A stretch of DNA of 64,000 nucleotides from Dehalococcoidia bacterium (GCA_965207225.1 CBDBLV010000005.1:1024001-1088000), one strand, 5' to 3'; positions 44,317 through 53,854 are shown, counted from the first letter of the stretch. Numbers and translations: made by a program. Notes: a model not told the origin generated them from the letters alone.

Positions 44317-45939
44317 ATGGAGAAGAAGCATCTACAGCCCCTCACGCCAGCAGCCCTTTACGCCAGGGTGTCCAGCGACCGCCAGGACGTGGACCTGTCC
44401 GTGGCCGCCCAGCTCAGGGCGCTCAAGGAGTACGCCAAGGCCAACGGCTACTCCGTGGCAAGGGAGTACGTTGACGAGGCAGAGAGCGGAAGGGTAGCCG
44501 ACCGGCCGCAGTTCAGGGAGATGATCGCCGAGGGCTCCAAGCCCAAGGCTTCTTTTGAGGTCATCTTGGTCTGGAAATTCAGTAGGTTCACCCGCAAGCG
44601 GGAGCACGCCGTGGCCTTCAAAGCCCAGCTGCGGCGCAAGGGCATCCGGGTGGTGTCCATCACCGAGCAGGCCGAGGACAACGCCACCGGCAGGCTGCTG
44701 GAGGGCATCATCGAGAGCGTGGACGAATACTACAGCGAGAATTTAGCGCAGGAGGTCGTCCGGGGTATGAGGGAGGCCGCGTCGAGAGGCTTCTTCCTCG
44801 GCTCCAAGGCCCCCTTCGGCTACCGGAAGATCAAGGTGCAGGACGGGGCGAAGGAGCGCCCCACCCTGGAGGTGGACCCGGCCACGGCCCCCGTGGTGAA
44901 GGAGATATTCGAGAAGTCGCTCCAGGGCCACGGCCTGAAGGAGCTGTGCAGGGAGCTGAACGAGCGGGGCGTCACCAACAGGGGGAAGCGCTGGTACAAG
45001 GGCGGACTCCACTACGTGCTGCGGAACGAGGCGTACACCGGAACGGCCGTGTGGGGAGTCAAGGGCAAGAACGAGAAGTCCCAGGACCCTGTGAGGGTCG
45101 AGGGAGCGTGGCCCGCGCTGGTGTCCAGGGAACTGTTCGACGAGGTCCAGCAGGCGATGAGCGAGCGAGCGCCGAAGGTGCAGAGGCCCGCCAGGGTGGG
45201 CAGCCCGTATCTGCTGAGCGGTCTGCTCAAGTGCGGTGTCTGCGGCAGGCCCTACTCGGCCCAGGGAGCCAAGAGCGGCCAGTTCGCCTACTACATCTGT
45301 GGAACCCTGTTCCGGGAGGGAGCGGGGACGTGCAGTGCCCGCTACCTGAACGCTTCCAGGGTGGAGGAGTTCGTGGTGGAGAAGATCAGGGAGCGCATCC
45401 TCACAGAGGAGACCATCGTGGAGCTGATGCAGCTTGTGGCGGAGGAGATCGACGCGATGGCCGGTGAGCTTGCAGGGAGGCTGGAGTCTGTGGAAGCGGA
45501 GCTGTCCGACGTGCAGAGGCGTCTGGGGAAGCTCTACGAGGCCATCGAGACGAGCGACCTGACGCTGGAGGTGCTGTCGCCCCGCATCATGTCCCTGCGG
45601 CACCGTGAGGAGCAGTTGGAGGCTGCGCGGGAGGACGCAGAGACCCGGCTGGAGCAGCGCAGGGTTGCCCTTCCCGACACCGAGGAGATCGCCCGGTACG
45701 TGGCGGACTTCCGGGAGTTCCTGAAGGAGGGGACGATACCGGAGAAGAAGGCGCTCATCCGCAACTTCGTTGAGGGCGTCGAGGTGGCGGGAGACGAGGC
45801 GACGCTGACGTACACGGTCCCCATGCCGAGCGACGGGGTGACCAGAGAGTCAGCGTCGGTTCTTGATTTCGTCCAGTCCGGCCCACCAACGTGCATGGTA
45901 GACAGAACTGTCTTTGAGCTTTGGCTCGGCGGACTGTGA
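44317..45939 (+). CDS. Large serine recombinase 2
   Basis: YARVSSDRQDVDLSVAAQLRAL identical to recombinase 1; PFGY and YLLSGLLKCGVC motifs; SD AGGAGG. Confidence 0.96.
   Translation: MEKKHLQPLTPAALYARVSSDRQDVDLSVAAQLRALKEYAKANGYSVAREYVDEAESGRVADRPQFREMIAEGSKPKASFEVILVWKFSRFTRKREHAVAFKAQLRRKGIRVVSITEQAEDNATGRLLEGIIESVDEYYSENLAQEVVRGMREAASRGFFLGSKAPFGYRKIKVQDGAKERPTLEVDPATAPVVKEIFEKSLQGHGLKELCRELNERGVTNRGKRWYKGGLHYVLRNEAYTGTAVWGVKGKNEKSQDPVRVEGAWPALVSRELFDEVQQAMSERAPKVQRPARVGSPYLLSGLLKCGVCGRPYSAQGAKSGQFAYYICGTLFREGAGTCSARYLNASRVEEFVVEKIRERILTEETIVELMQLVAEEIDAMAGELAGRLESVEAELSDVQRRLGKLYEAIETSDLTLEVLSPRIMSLRHREEQLEAAREDAETRLEQRRVALPDTEEIARYVADFREFLKEGTIPEKKALIRNFVEGVEVAGDEATLTYTVPMPSDGVTRESASVLDFVQSGPPTCMVDRTVFELWLGGL
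45859..45908. other. att junction between element 2 and remnant element 3 (50 bp)
   Basis: GTTCTTGATTTCGTCCAGTCCGGCC|CACCAACGTGCATGGTAGACAGAAC. Confidence 0.8.
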
Positions 45940-46114
45940 GCCAACCACTGTCAGAGCTTTGTGGGATGTGAAGTCGCCCTCTTTCCGTACCAATACTGAT
46001 GCCAGTTTTGCGGGTTGAGACTCCTTGGCGCAGTCCGCTCGCGACTTCAGATGCACTACTACCGCTGCCTATCAAGCGTCAAACACAAGTCCATTCCGAC
46101 CTGCTGGTCAACAG

Positions 46115-46918
46115 TCATTGCCTGTCGGCGAAAGGTGAGCCAGTGATGAGCCCGTGGCTGCGCCGGGTGGCCCCGTCACCGAAGTGAGCGGTTATCACAT
46201 AGAGGTGCATCTCAACCTCGGAGGCGAGCAGGTTATGGGTGTTGTCGTCCACTTCCTGCTGCGTCAGCCGGTCGGTTGCACTCTGCGGGTTGTCTGAATG
46301 CGCCTCGGTCTTGCTGCCTGGGATCCTTAGAGCCTGGACCTGGACGTTATGTTTGCGTCCGGGCGCCAACAGGGAACCGGTCCAGGACGTAGACATCCAG
46401 TCGTCGTCCAACTGCTCTATCGACGTCGGTGCGCCCGAAGGGTTCTCGCGGACATTGGAGATGCCGTTGCAGAACCAGGCCCATCGGGTCACCACCCCCG
46501 CGCTGTCCCTTTCAACCCCCCAGGGTCTGCAGCTGTTCACATCCGGTGCAGCGTAATCCCAGTCATTCACAGCGGTGCCGTCGGCCTCGAGCTGGAAGTT
46601 GTGGCGGTACATGAACCGGAGCCTCTGGATGGTGTAGCGTTCCACGTTGCTCTGCCGGTTGGCCCACTCACTCCAGTTGATATGGTATGTCCCGTCAGCC
46701 ATGGTGGTGGTGACCGAGAAGGAATTTTTGGTGCAGAGTACCGCCCGCCCGGCGGCCAATTCCTCTTTGCACTCCTCCAAGGTCGCCGGGCTATCGTTGG
46801 CTTGGCCCTGCGCCAACTGTGGCGACAGAGCGAACAGGGCGGCAGCGGCAACTACCGCAGCAATAAGCAATGCCGGGATTGAGCGGGTGTTCCAAATAAG
46901 CAATCCAATGAGATGCAT
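46115..46918 (-). CDS. Secreted Cys-containing hypothetical protein
   Basis: SD AGGAGGT before ATG 46918; signal-peptide-like LLIAAVVAAAALFALSPQLAQG. Confidence 0.65.
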   Translation of the reverse strand: MHLIGLLIWNTRSIPALLIAAVVAAAALFALSPQLAQGQANDSPATLEECKEELAAGRAVLCTKNSFSVTTTMADGTYHINWSEWANRQSNVERYTIQRLRFMYRHNFQLEADGTAVNDWDYAAPDVNSCRPWGVERDSAGVVTRWAWFCNGISNVRENPSGAPTSIEQLDDDWMSTSWTGSLLAPGRKHNVQVQALRIPGSKTEAHSDNPQSATDRLTQQEVDDNTHNLLASEVEMHLYVITAHFGDGATRRSHGLITGSPFADRQ

Positions 46919-47134
46919 GTTGTCGTACCTCCTATACAACAGTTGAATTTGATAACATTTGAATATCGAATGAGCCTTCCCAGTGGCGAGCCACGGTGAT
47001 GCTTGAGGTCCAGAGGAACTGATCCCCTCGCTCATTCCTGGTGACCGCCGCTGCGATAGTAGCTTGTGCACTTAGACAAGTCTGTGCTTTGCAGTCTTTT
47101 TGACACACCAAAGCTGAAATGTGCGTGCTGATCG

Positions 47135-48460
47135 ATGGTGAGTAAGAGCATCCAGCGGGCGAGGGCGGCCCAGGTAGGCCTCTTGATGAGGTATTACCGC
47201 GAGTCTTTTTCATCCAGAGGCGGCCGGCGAGGGTTGACTCAGGAAGCCCTGCTGGAGCGAATGGGGTCGGTGGACAGTGACTACGCTGAGCGGTACAGCC
47301 ACGCCACGGTGTCGCGGTGGGAATCCGGCGACACCCGGCCCACTCTTCAGCGGCTGAGAGTCTTCGGCAAGGCCCTTAATCTGTCGCAGACGGAGATGGC
47401 CGGTCTCGTGTTGCTGGCAGGGCTGGCTGCTGACTTTCAGACAGCGTTGGGCCACGTCACCGGTCGTCGTGCCGGAACTGTGCACCCTGGAGCGGTGCCG
47501 GAGTCGAGACCGGCCCCAGGCGTCGTGCGCGACACCGGAACGTTACCGTCAGGAAACACTCGGTCAACGCTGGAGGACGCAGCTCATTTTGGGCTTCGGA
47601 GGGTTCTTCCGCTGGGGCTGTGCATCGTCGGCGGGTATGCGCTCTTCTTGTTCGGCTGGAACAACAGTTGGATGCCCACAGCCTACATCGCATTCACCAT
47701 GGGGATCGTTCTGGCGCAAGGGTTCTTGTTCAGAGACCGCGAAGCTGGCCTACGGGAGTTCTTCTGGGTTTCGCTGTTTTTCCTGTTGACCACCCCACTG
47801 CTTCAGTTTGCCCGGATACACACAGACCATTACGGCTTCTATGCGATCGGGAGCCTCGCCGGCACACAGGTGCCCTACATGCTGGCCCTGCTCCTTAACC
47901 TTTTGATCGCGTCCACTGCCGGACTGGCGTTTCAGTTACTATGGAAGCGTCAATATTCAGGCGCCAGCGACGGTACCAGCGCCCTCCGCCGAGCGGCCTT
48001 CGTAGTGCTGCCGCCGGTGATTTTCGCGTACGTCACGGTGGTCGTGATCACCAATATTTCGGTATCCGTACACTTGACGGCCCTGCTGCCGGTATTGGGC
48101 GTTGCCTTCGCCGCGCTCTTGGTCCTTCGGGACCCGGCGTTCAACCCCAACGAGCGAGATCGGTTGTTCCTGCTCTCTACAACGTCAGTCCTGGCGATGA
48201 TCTCGGGAGTCTTGGGGATAGGCATCATTCTGGCGATATACCTATCGCCGGACCTGCCCGGCGTTCTGCCGGACCACAATCTACTGTGGTCCTGGGAAAT
48301 CAACCTCGCAGGGCTGGGATTTTCCCGGGAAGAGGCGCTGGACCGCCTGAACGTAGGTTACGTGTGGCACACGATATGCGTCTTCGGCTATATGTTCTTT
48401 CTAGTCTTCGGCAGGCTGATCGTGTCCCTCTATCGCATTGACGGCGGTCGAAGACGATAA
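47135..48460 (+). CDS. XRE-HTH regulator fused to multi-pass membrane domain
   Basis: GLTQE.L...ATVSRWESGDTRP HTH_3 motif followed by about 8-9 TM helices. Confidence 0.75.
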   Translation: MVSKSIQRARAAQVGLLMRYYRESFSSRGGRRGLTQEALLERMGSVDSDYAERYSHATVSRWESGDTRPTLQRLRVFGKALNLSQTEMAGLVLLAGLAADFQTALGHVTGRRAGTVHPGAVPESRPAPGVVRDTGTLPSGNTRSTLEDAAHFGLRRVLPLGLCIVGGYALFLFGWNNSWMPTAYIAFTMGIVLAQGFLFRDREAGLREFFWVSLFFLLTTPLLQFARIHTDHYGFYAIGSLAGTQVPYMLALLLNLLIASTAGLAFQLLWKRQYSGASDGTSALRRAAFVVLPPVIFAYVTVVVITNISVSVHLTALLPVLGVAFAALLVLRDPAFNPNERDRLFLLSTTSVLAMISGVLGIGIILAIYLSPDLPGVLPDHNLLWSWEINLAGLGFSREEALDRLNVGYVWHTICVFGYMFFLVFGRLIVSLYRIDGGRRR

Positions 48461-48584
48461 GGTCCACGACGGTCGGAAAAGGGACCTGACTGCGATATGA
48501 AATAGCTTTGACCCCCACGACTGCCACTCCAACAGTCCCTCGTAAGTTGCTGCCCCCACCGCCGGCGGCAAACGGGGCTCATGC

Positions 48585-48660
48585 GGGTGGTTAGCTCAGC
48601 TGGCTAGAGCATCTGCTTTACACGCAGGGGGTCGGAAGTTAGAGCCCTCTAAGCCCACCA
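48585..48660 (+). tRNA. Degenerate (pseudo) tRNA-Val(TAC)
   Basis: Intact D arm and anticodon arm (TT TAC AC). T-loop is TTAGAGC instead of TTCGA; the acceptor 3' strand is one nt short and mispaired; ends GCCCACCA. Confidence 0.7.
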
Positions 48661-48970
48661 CCTTGGACTCGAAGTAACGAGGGCGCCTTCACACTGTAGG
48701 ATGTCCACCTAGAACCCCACCTCCCAGCGAGAAGTTCGCAGTTCAGTACGGCACGGCTCACCATGAGGGACTTGAACTCACCTGCAGCAATTATGGATTT
48801 GCCACTAAATTGCAAGGGCGAACTCCAATGAAAAGGTTCTGTCTTTTATACGGTCGGGGTCGCCACTTCTTTCATTTACACAACCGCTTTATGTCCGCGG
48901 ACGAGGCAAGGGACAAACCGGGCCTTCAGCGCTTATTCGCAGGTCGTCCTACACCAGGGCCTGTCAACGT

Positions 48971-49906
48971 CTAAATTGCCAGGGCAGTTTCTCTCACCAA
49001 AGGCAGGACCTCACGAGCGAACTGCTCGTACTGCTCCATAGCGCGTTCGGGCGGGACTGCTGCGTTGAGCACGAGGTGCGTGGCGCCTGCATCCAGATAC
49101 TCCCGTATCGCTTCAACGCAGTCTTCCGCGTGGCCCGACACGTTTGCCTGCCCCCGGATGGTGGGCCTATCAGTCTTCCAGCGATTTGACTCCGCTTCAA
49201 GGGTCTTCCATGCCCGCTCCCGGTTGTCGTCCAGGCAGAACCAGAGGATGGCGGCAAACTCGATGGCATCCGGGTCACGGCCTGCTTGCTCGGTGCAGGC
49301 CCGCACTTTCTCCCGCACTTCTGCGTATCGGGAGGCCGGTACGGAGGATGGCATGAATCCGTCGCCCAGCTTTCCCGTTCTCCTGAGCGTCGCTTCCACA
49401 AACCTGTCTTTCCACAGCGGGCCCAGCCATATGGGAGGGTGGGGTCTCTGGATAGATATGGGGCCTACGTTTACGTCTCCCAAGTGATGAAATTCTCCCT
49501 GGTAGGTCACCGATTCGCCTGAAAGCAGTCGACGCAGCAAAGCCAGCTTCTCGTCTGTCATCCTCCCACGTTGGTGGATATCGAGGCCCAAGGCGTCGAA
49601 TTCTCTCTTGTTGCTCCCGACGCCGAGCCCCAAAATCAGTCGCCCTTTCGATAGTGCATCCACGGTAGCTGCCGACTTGGCAAAAAGGACCGGGTGACGG
49701 AAGGGCAATACCATTACCGCAGTGCCGAGGGTAATCCGCTCAGTTTCCTGGGATGCGGCGGCCAGCAGGGCCATCGAGTCGGGATGAGGGCCAAGAACGA
49801 AGTCGGTGTTCCAGAAGGAGTCGTATCCTGCGGCCTCGGCGCTTACGGCGAACTGTACCGCCCTGAGAGGGTCAACGAAGTGGGAGTTCATCACGCCGAA
49901 TTTCAT
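48971..49906 (-). CDS. LLM-class flavin/F420-dependent oxidoreductase
   Basis: AEAAGYDSFW, RITLGTAV..LPFRHP, LSKGRLILGLGVG and QRPHPPIWLG motifs. Confidence 0.92.
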   Translation of the reverse strand: MKFGVMNSHFVDPLRAVQFAVSAEAAGYDSFWNTDFVLGPHPDSMALLAAASQETERITLGTAVMVLPFRHPVLFAKSAATVDALSKGRLILGLGVGSNKREFDALGLDIHQRGRMTDEKLALLRRLLSGESVTYQGEFHHLGDVNVGPISIQRPHPPIWLGPLWKDRFVEATLRRTGKLGDGFMPSSVPASRYAEVREKVRACTEQAGRDPDAIEFAAILWFCLDDNRERAWKTLEAESNRWKTDRPTIRGQANVSGHAEDCVEAIREYLDAGATHLVLNAAVPPERAMEQYEQFAREVLPLVRETALAI

Positions 49907-50035
49907 GTCGTTGGTCCGTTGCCAAGTGTGAGAAGATAGCGCCTGGCAGCAAGGTACGCGGTGCGACGCAATACTATCAAATTGACAGTGCGGCCAAGCC
50001 AGAGCGTCGGGTAGCTGGAGGGAGGAAAGCCATAA

Positions 50036-50377
50036 ATGGGCATTTATCGACTGTATACGGGGGAAGACGGCCAGTCCCATATTGCGTCCATAAGCCTATC
50101 GGAGGCGCCTGCCTGGACCCAGGGTGTAGAGGCTACGAAGATCAGTTTCCAGGTGCAGCCTGCGGGCAACTACCTGGACTGGCATCCTGCGCCAAGACGG
50201 CAGTTCGTGATCATTTTATCCGGGCGGCTGGAGATCGGGTTAGGGGACGGGAGCAAGCACGTCTTTGGACCCGGCGACGCCCGCCTGGTAGAAGACACCA
50301 CGGGCCAAGGGCACACGACGGGGGTGTACGGCGATGAGCCGTGTGTCACGGCGACTATTCCACTCAAGCAGCAATAA
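50036..50377 (+). CDS. Cupin-fold protein
   Basis: DWHPAPRRQF...G...EDTTGQGH motif. Confidence 0.82.
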   Translation: MGIYRLYTGEDGQSHIASISLSEAPAWTQGVEATKISFQVQPAGNYLDWHPAPRRQFVIILSGRLEIGLGDGSKHVFGPGDARLVEDTTGQGHTTGVYGDEPCVTATIPLKQQ

Positions 50378-50536
50378 GGGTGCAGGCCCTGAAGGGGAAG
50401 CGTCTGCAGGAAGTGTTGTATTGACCTCAACACGGAGGGCGGTGGCACCGACTAACCGGCGCCGCCGCCCTCATTTGCTTACCGCTTATCAACAACTGCA
50501 AATCGTTTCAAAGCAGCTTATTCAGCTGGGGTTCCT

Positions 50537-51961
50537 TTACTGGGTTGCTATGATGTACTGCTCTTCAGCCCAGGCCAGGTTCTGTCCGAGGTAGACCTCG
50601 TCGAGGACGATGCCGTAGGGGGCGTTGGCCCCGGAAGTGGGCAGATGGTCCCGTACATCGTCGAATTCGGGGCCGTCCAGTATCGCAATGGACTTCCGGT
50701 TCACCGGCCCGTAGGAGATGTACTTGGACAGCTGCGCGTTGATTTCGGGGAAGGTTACCCAGGCCAGGTACAGGTTGGCCAGTTCGTACCTTTCGGGATA
50801 CAGCTCTTTCATGCCTCTGGGCAGGGCGTGTCCGCTCACGTTGATGATGTGGCCGCATTCCCAGCAGACCCGGATGGGTGCGCCTTCCTTGGCCGCATCG
50901 AAGATGCGTCCGTTATAGGCGCTGCACATTTCCACTTCCCCGCTTATGAGCATCTCGGGGCATTGCGAACCGGAGTTCCAGTAGATGATGTCGCTGCCTG
51001 CGTTGTCGGTCCACTCGTCAAACCAGGCGAAGTCTTCTTCCATCTGCTCACGGCTGGGGGTGTTGGCGGCCTGGCGACCCTCGGCAGTGTGCAGCAGTTC
51101 GGGTTCACGGGCCAGCCTGGTGAACTGGACGTGTCCGCCCCAGGCCACGCCGTGGCGGAGGGCCCGGCGGCCGGGGAACTTCTCCAGGTCGTAGAAGTCG
51201 GCCCAGGACTCGGGGCCTGTGCCCTCGGGGTACTTGTCGGTGTTGTAGGCCATGACGATGGACCAAGTAACGTCTCCGCCGGCCATGTAGGGAGAGAGGT
51301 TCTGAATGATGTCCAGCACGTCCCGGATGTCGATCACGCTCAAGTCCAGCTCGTCCAGGGAATTGGTCTCTATGAGAGCCGTGGCGTCCGCAACGCCGAG
51401 GGTAGTCACGTCCCAACCTATGTTGCCCGTTTCCGCAGCCGCTACCCATTTGGCCAGATTCGGGGTGGGGGTATCCTCGATTATTTCGATGCCAAACTGT
51501 TCCGTGAAAGGCATGGAGTAGGCCTGTCTCACTGCAGCCGTGAAGGCGCCTCCCGGCCCGAGGGCAATGAGGCTCTTGCCCCGGTGCTTCTCCAGCTCCG
51601 CTTCTATTTCGGCCAGCGTTGCCGGGTTTTCCACCGTCCACTGGTCCCTCGGCCTCAACGTCGACTCCGGCTCGGGCATGGCCGTGGGTTCCGGCATGGC
51701 CGTAGGCTCTGGCATAGCCGTGGGCTCCGGTTCAGACGGATCTTCCGTTGCGGTCACCACCTGCCCGGGCACTGCTGTGGCCGTGGGCTGGGGGGTGGCG
51801 GTGGGTTGGGGATCTTCGGTGGTGGTGTCGGGCTCGGGAGTTGCGGTGGCGCCCTCTCCACAAGCTACTACGACAAGCATGGCAATCAAGAGAAGGGGCA
51901 GGATGCCAAAGATAAACCTCTTTGCCGTCCTGTTCCGCTTCAATATATGGGCGTCTATCAT
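50537..51961 (-). CDS. Polyamine-type ABC substrate-binding lipoprotein
   Basis: Lipobox VVAC; PT-rich linker; PESWADFYD..KFPGRRAL, YNGR and YGPVN motifs. Confidence 0.87.
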   Translation of the reverse strand: MIDAHILKRNRTAKRFIFGILPLLLIAMLVVVACGEGATATPEPDTTTEDPQPTATPQPTATAVPGQVVTATEDPSEPEPTAMPEPTAMPEPTAMPEPESTLRPRDQWTVENPATLAEIEAELEKHRGKSLIALGPGGAFTAAVRQAYSMPFTEQFGIEIIEDTPTPNLAKWVAAAETGNIGWDVTTLGVADATALIETNSLDELDLSVIDIRDVLDIIQNLSPYMAGGDVTWSIVMAYNTDKYPEGTGPESWADFYDLEKFPGRRALRHGVAWGGHVQFTRLAREPELLHTAEGRQAANTPSREQMEEDFAWFDEWTDNAGSDIIYWNSGSQCPEMLISGEVEMCSAYNGRIFDAAKEGAPIRVCWECGHIINVSGHALPRGMKELYPERYELANLYLAWVTFPEINAQLSKYISYGPVNRKSIAILDGPEFDDVRDHLPTSGANAPYGIVLDEVYLGQNLAWAEEQYIIATQ

Positions 51962-52135
51962 CTAAATCCTCCGTCCGGTGCAGTTGTTCGTGCTGTCACT
52001 CTTCGCGGCCTGCTTCGAAACTCGCGTTACCGTTGTTTATACGCTATATGGACTCCTCCTTCAGTGGCTTGGGTTATCTTGATAAGGCGGGGTTTTGGTG
52101 GGTTTAAGCACTGTGCCTGAAATCTCCTGTGGAGA

Positions 52136-53854
52136 CTAGCTGACCATATCGTAGCTGCGGAGCAGTTTGCCGGGCAGGGCGCCGGTGCACTCGCTGTCCT
52201 CAAAGGTGACCGTGCCGTTAACGATGGTGTAGCTAAGGCCCGTGGGTTTTTGGATTAGTCGGCGCTCGCCGCCGGGGAAGTCGTTGGAGAAGATAGGCTT
52301 GTCGTAGACGAAGCCGAGCTCGTCCAGGTTGTAGACGATGATGTCGGCCCAGTTGCCTACACGGAGCGTGCCTCGGTCTTTGAAGTCGGTAATCCAGGCC
52401 GGCAGGGCGCTCATCTTGTAGTGGGCCTGCTCCAGGGTCATGAGGTTGCGGTCCCGGATCCAGAAGGTAAGCCAGTAGATGGGCCAAGTGCTGTGGGTGT
52501 TGAATATGGTGTGGGCGCCGCCGTCTGAGACGGAGATATGGGAGATGGGGTTGAGGAGCGCGGGTCTGCGGACTTCCACGTCCTCGGGGGTGTCCTGGGG
52601 AGGAAGGATGAACTCGGTCTCGAGATTTTCATCGAGGGCTAGGTCGAGAAAGGCGTCCAGGGGGTCTTTACCCTGGATGTCGGCCACCTGCTGAACGGTC
52701 ATGCCCTCGTATTGCTCGTTCCGCTCCTTCGAGACCTGCAACACGAGCATGTTTGCCCAGTTAGTCATGCGGAAGGCCGGCGACAGGGCGGTCTCGGAGC
52801 GTTTGGCCTCTTCCACGTCCCGCCTCATCGCGGCTCGGGTAGCGGGGTCCCTCAGCTTGGCGGAGCGCTCCTCGACGGTCCCGACGAGGGGCTGAATCCA
52901 GTTGGGCATGAAGTCGTAGAGGTTGAACTCCGACAGCCTGAACTCCATGGCGGGGGCGGTACTGGTCTGCTGCATGACCAAGGGGAGGCCCTCCCGTCGG
53001 CATTCCTCCATCCAGTCCGCCCCGTCATCGTTGGCGTTGAGCAGGCTGAAGGGCCGGCCGCTCAATCTCATCATCTCGGCGGTCATGTCGAGGACGGAGG
53101 CGCGCTCCTCGGGGCTGAGGCCCAGGCCCATGGTGAGGCCCATGTGGCCCACCCCGAATTCCCCCAACACCTCAGATAGACCGAGGAATTCTTCCGTTGA
53201 AGCGACGTGGCTGGGAAGGGAGCCGCCGTCTTCGGGTCGGTCCTCAAGGTTTTTGTTGAAGGAGAATCCGAAGGCTCCAGCTTTCATCGCTTCGTGAAAG
53301 ATCTCTTTCATACGGTTGAGTTCGGCATCCGTTACGGAGGTCCTTTCCCGGGCCTCCATCATGCCGAGAACGTAGCCGCGCATGGGTGAGAAGGGGAAGA
53401 CGGAACCCACGTTAACGCCCAACCCCTGGCGGTCCAGGCTGTCCATGTATTCCGGGAAGGTCTCCCAGTCCCAACGCAGCCCAAGGCGCATGGACTTCAG
53501 GGGGATGGCCTCGATGCGGTTCATCATGCGCATGTTGAGGTCTCGGTCCTCGGGCTTGGTGGGGGCGAAGCCGAAACCGCATTCGCCGATGGTAAGGGAG
53601 GTGACTCCGAACCAGCCTGAAAGGGAAGCGTAGGGGTCCCAGTTGAGCTGGGCATCGTAGTGGGTGTGCATGTCGATGGCACCGGGGGCGACGATGCAGC
53701 CTTGGGCGTCGATCTCTTTGGCGCTTCCAGGGTTGATCTTGCCACTTATCCTGGCTATGCGGCCGTTTTTGACCGCGAGGTCGGCGCGGTAGCGGGGGAT
53801 GCCCGTGCCATCCACAATGGTGCCACCACGAATAACAAGATCATATTCGGCCAT
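52136..53854 (-). CDS. N-acyl-D-amino-acid deacylase-like amidohydrolase
   Basis: GGTIVDGTG, PGAIDMHTHYDAQ, SDGGAH and DRGTL...ADI motifs. Confidence 0.92.
   Translation of the reverse strand: MAEYDLVIRGGTIVDGTGIPRYRADLAVKNGRIARISGKINPGSAKEIDAQGCIVAPGAIDMHTHYDAQLNWDPYASLSGWFGVTSLTIGECGFGFAPTKPEDRDLNMRMMNRIEAIPLKSMRLGLRWDWETFPEYMDSLDRQGLGVNVGSVFPFSPMRGYVLGMMEARERTSVTDAELNRMKEIFHEAMKAGAFGFSFNKNLEDRPEDGGSLPSHVASTEEFLGLSEVLGEFGVGHMGLTMGLGLSPEERASVLDMTAEMMRLSGRPFSLLNANDDGADWMEECRREGLPLVMQQTSTAPAMEFRLSEFNLYDFMPNWIQPLVGTVEERSAKLRDPATRAAMRRDVEEAKRSETALSPAFRMTNWANMLVLQVSKERNEQYEGMTVQQVADIQGKDPLDAFLDLALDENLETEFILPPQDTPEDVEVRRPALLNPISHISVSDGGAHTIFNTHSTWPIYWLTFWIRDRNLMTLEQAHYKMSALPAWITDFKDRGTLRVGNWADIIVYNLDELGFVYDKPIFSNDFPGGERRLIQKPTGLSYTIVNGTVTFEDSECTGALPGKLLRSYDMVS

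Larger units (their letters stand above)
30266..45883. mobile_element. Element 2: second serine-recombinase element (15.6 kb including IS21)
   Basis: End arms GTTCTTGATTTCGTCCA (45859) and TTGATAAAATCAAGAAC (30274-30290) form an inverted repeat (14/17) around GGCC|CACCA; recombinase and RHH genes at the right end. Confidence 0.82.

Noticed and set aside
48553-48560. CCCCCACC as another att core
   Set aside because: No GTTCT/AGAAC arm in the 50-bp register.
12576-48660. Prophage interpretation of the island
   Set aside because: No capsid, terminase, portal, tail or lysis genes.
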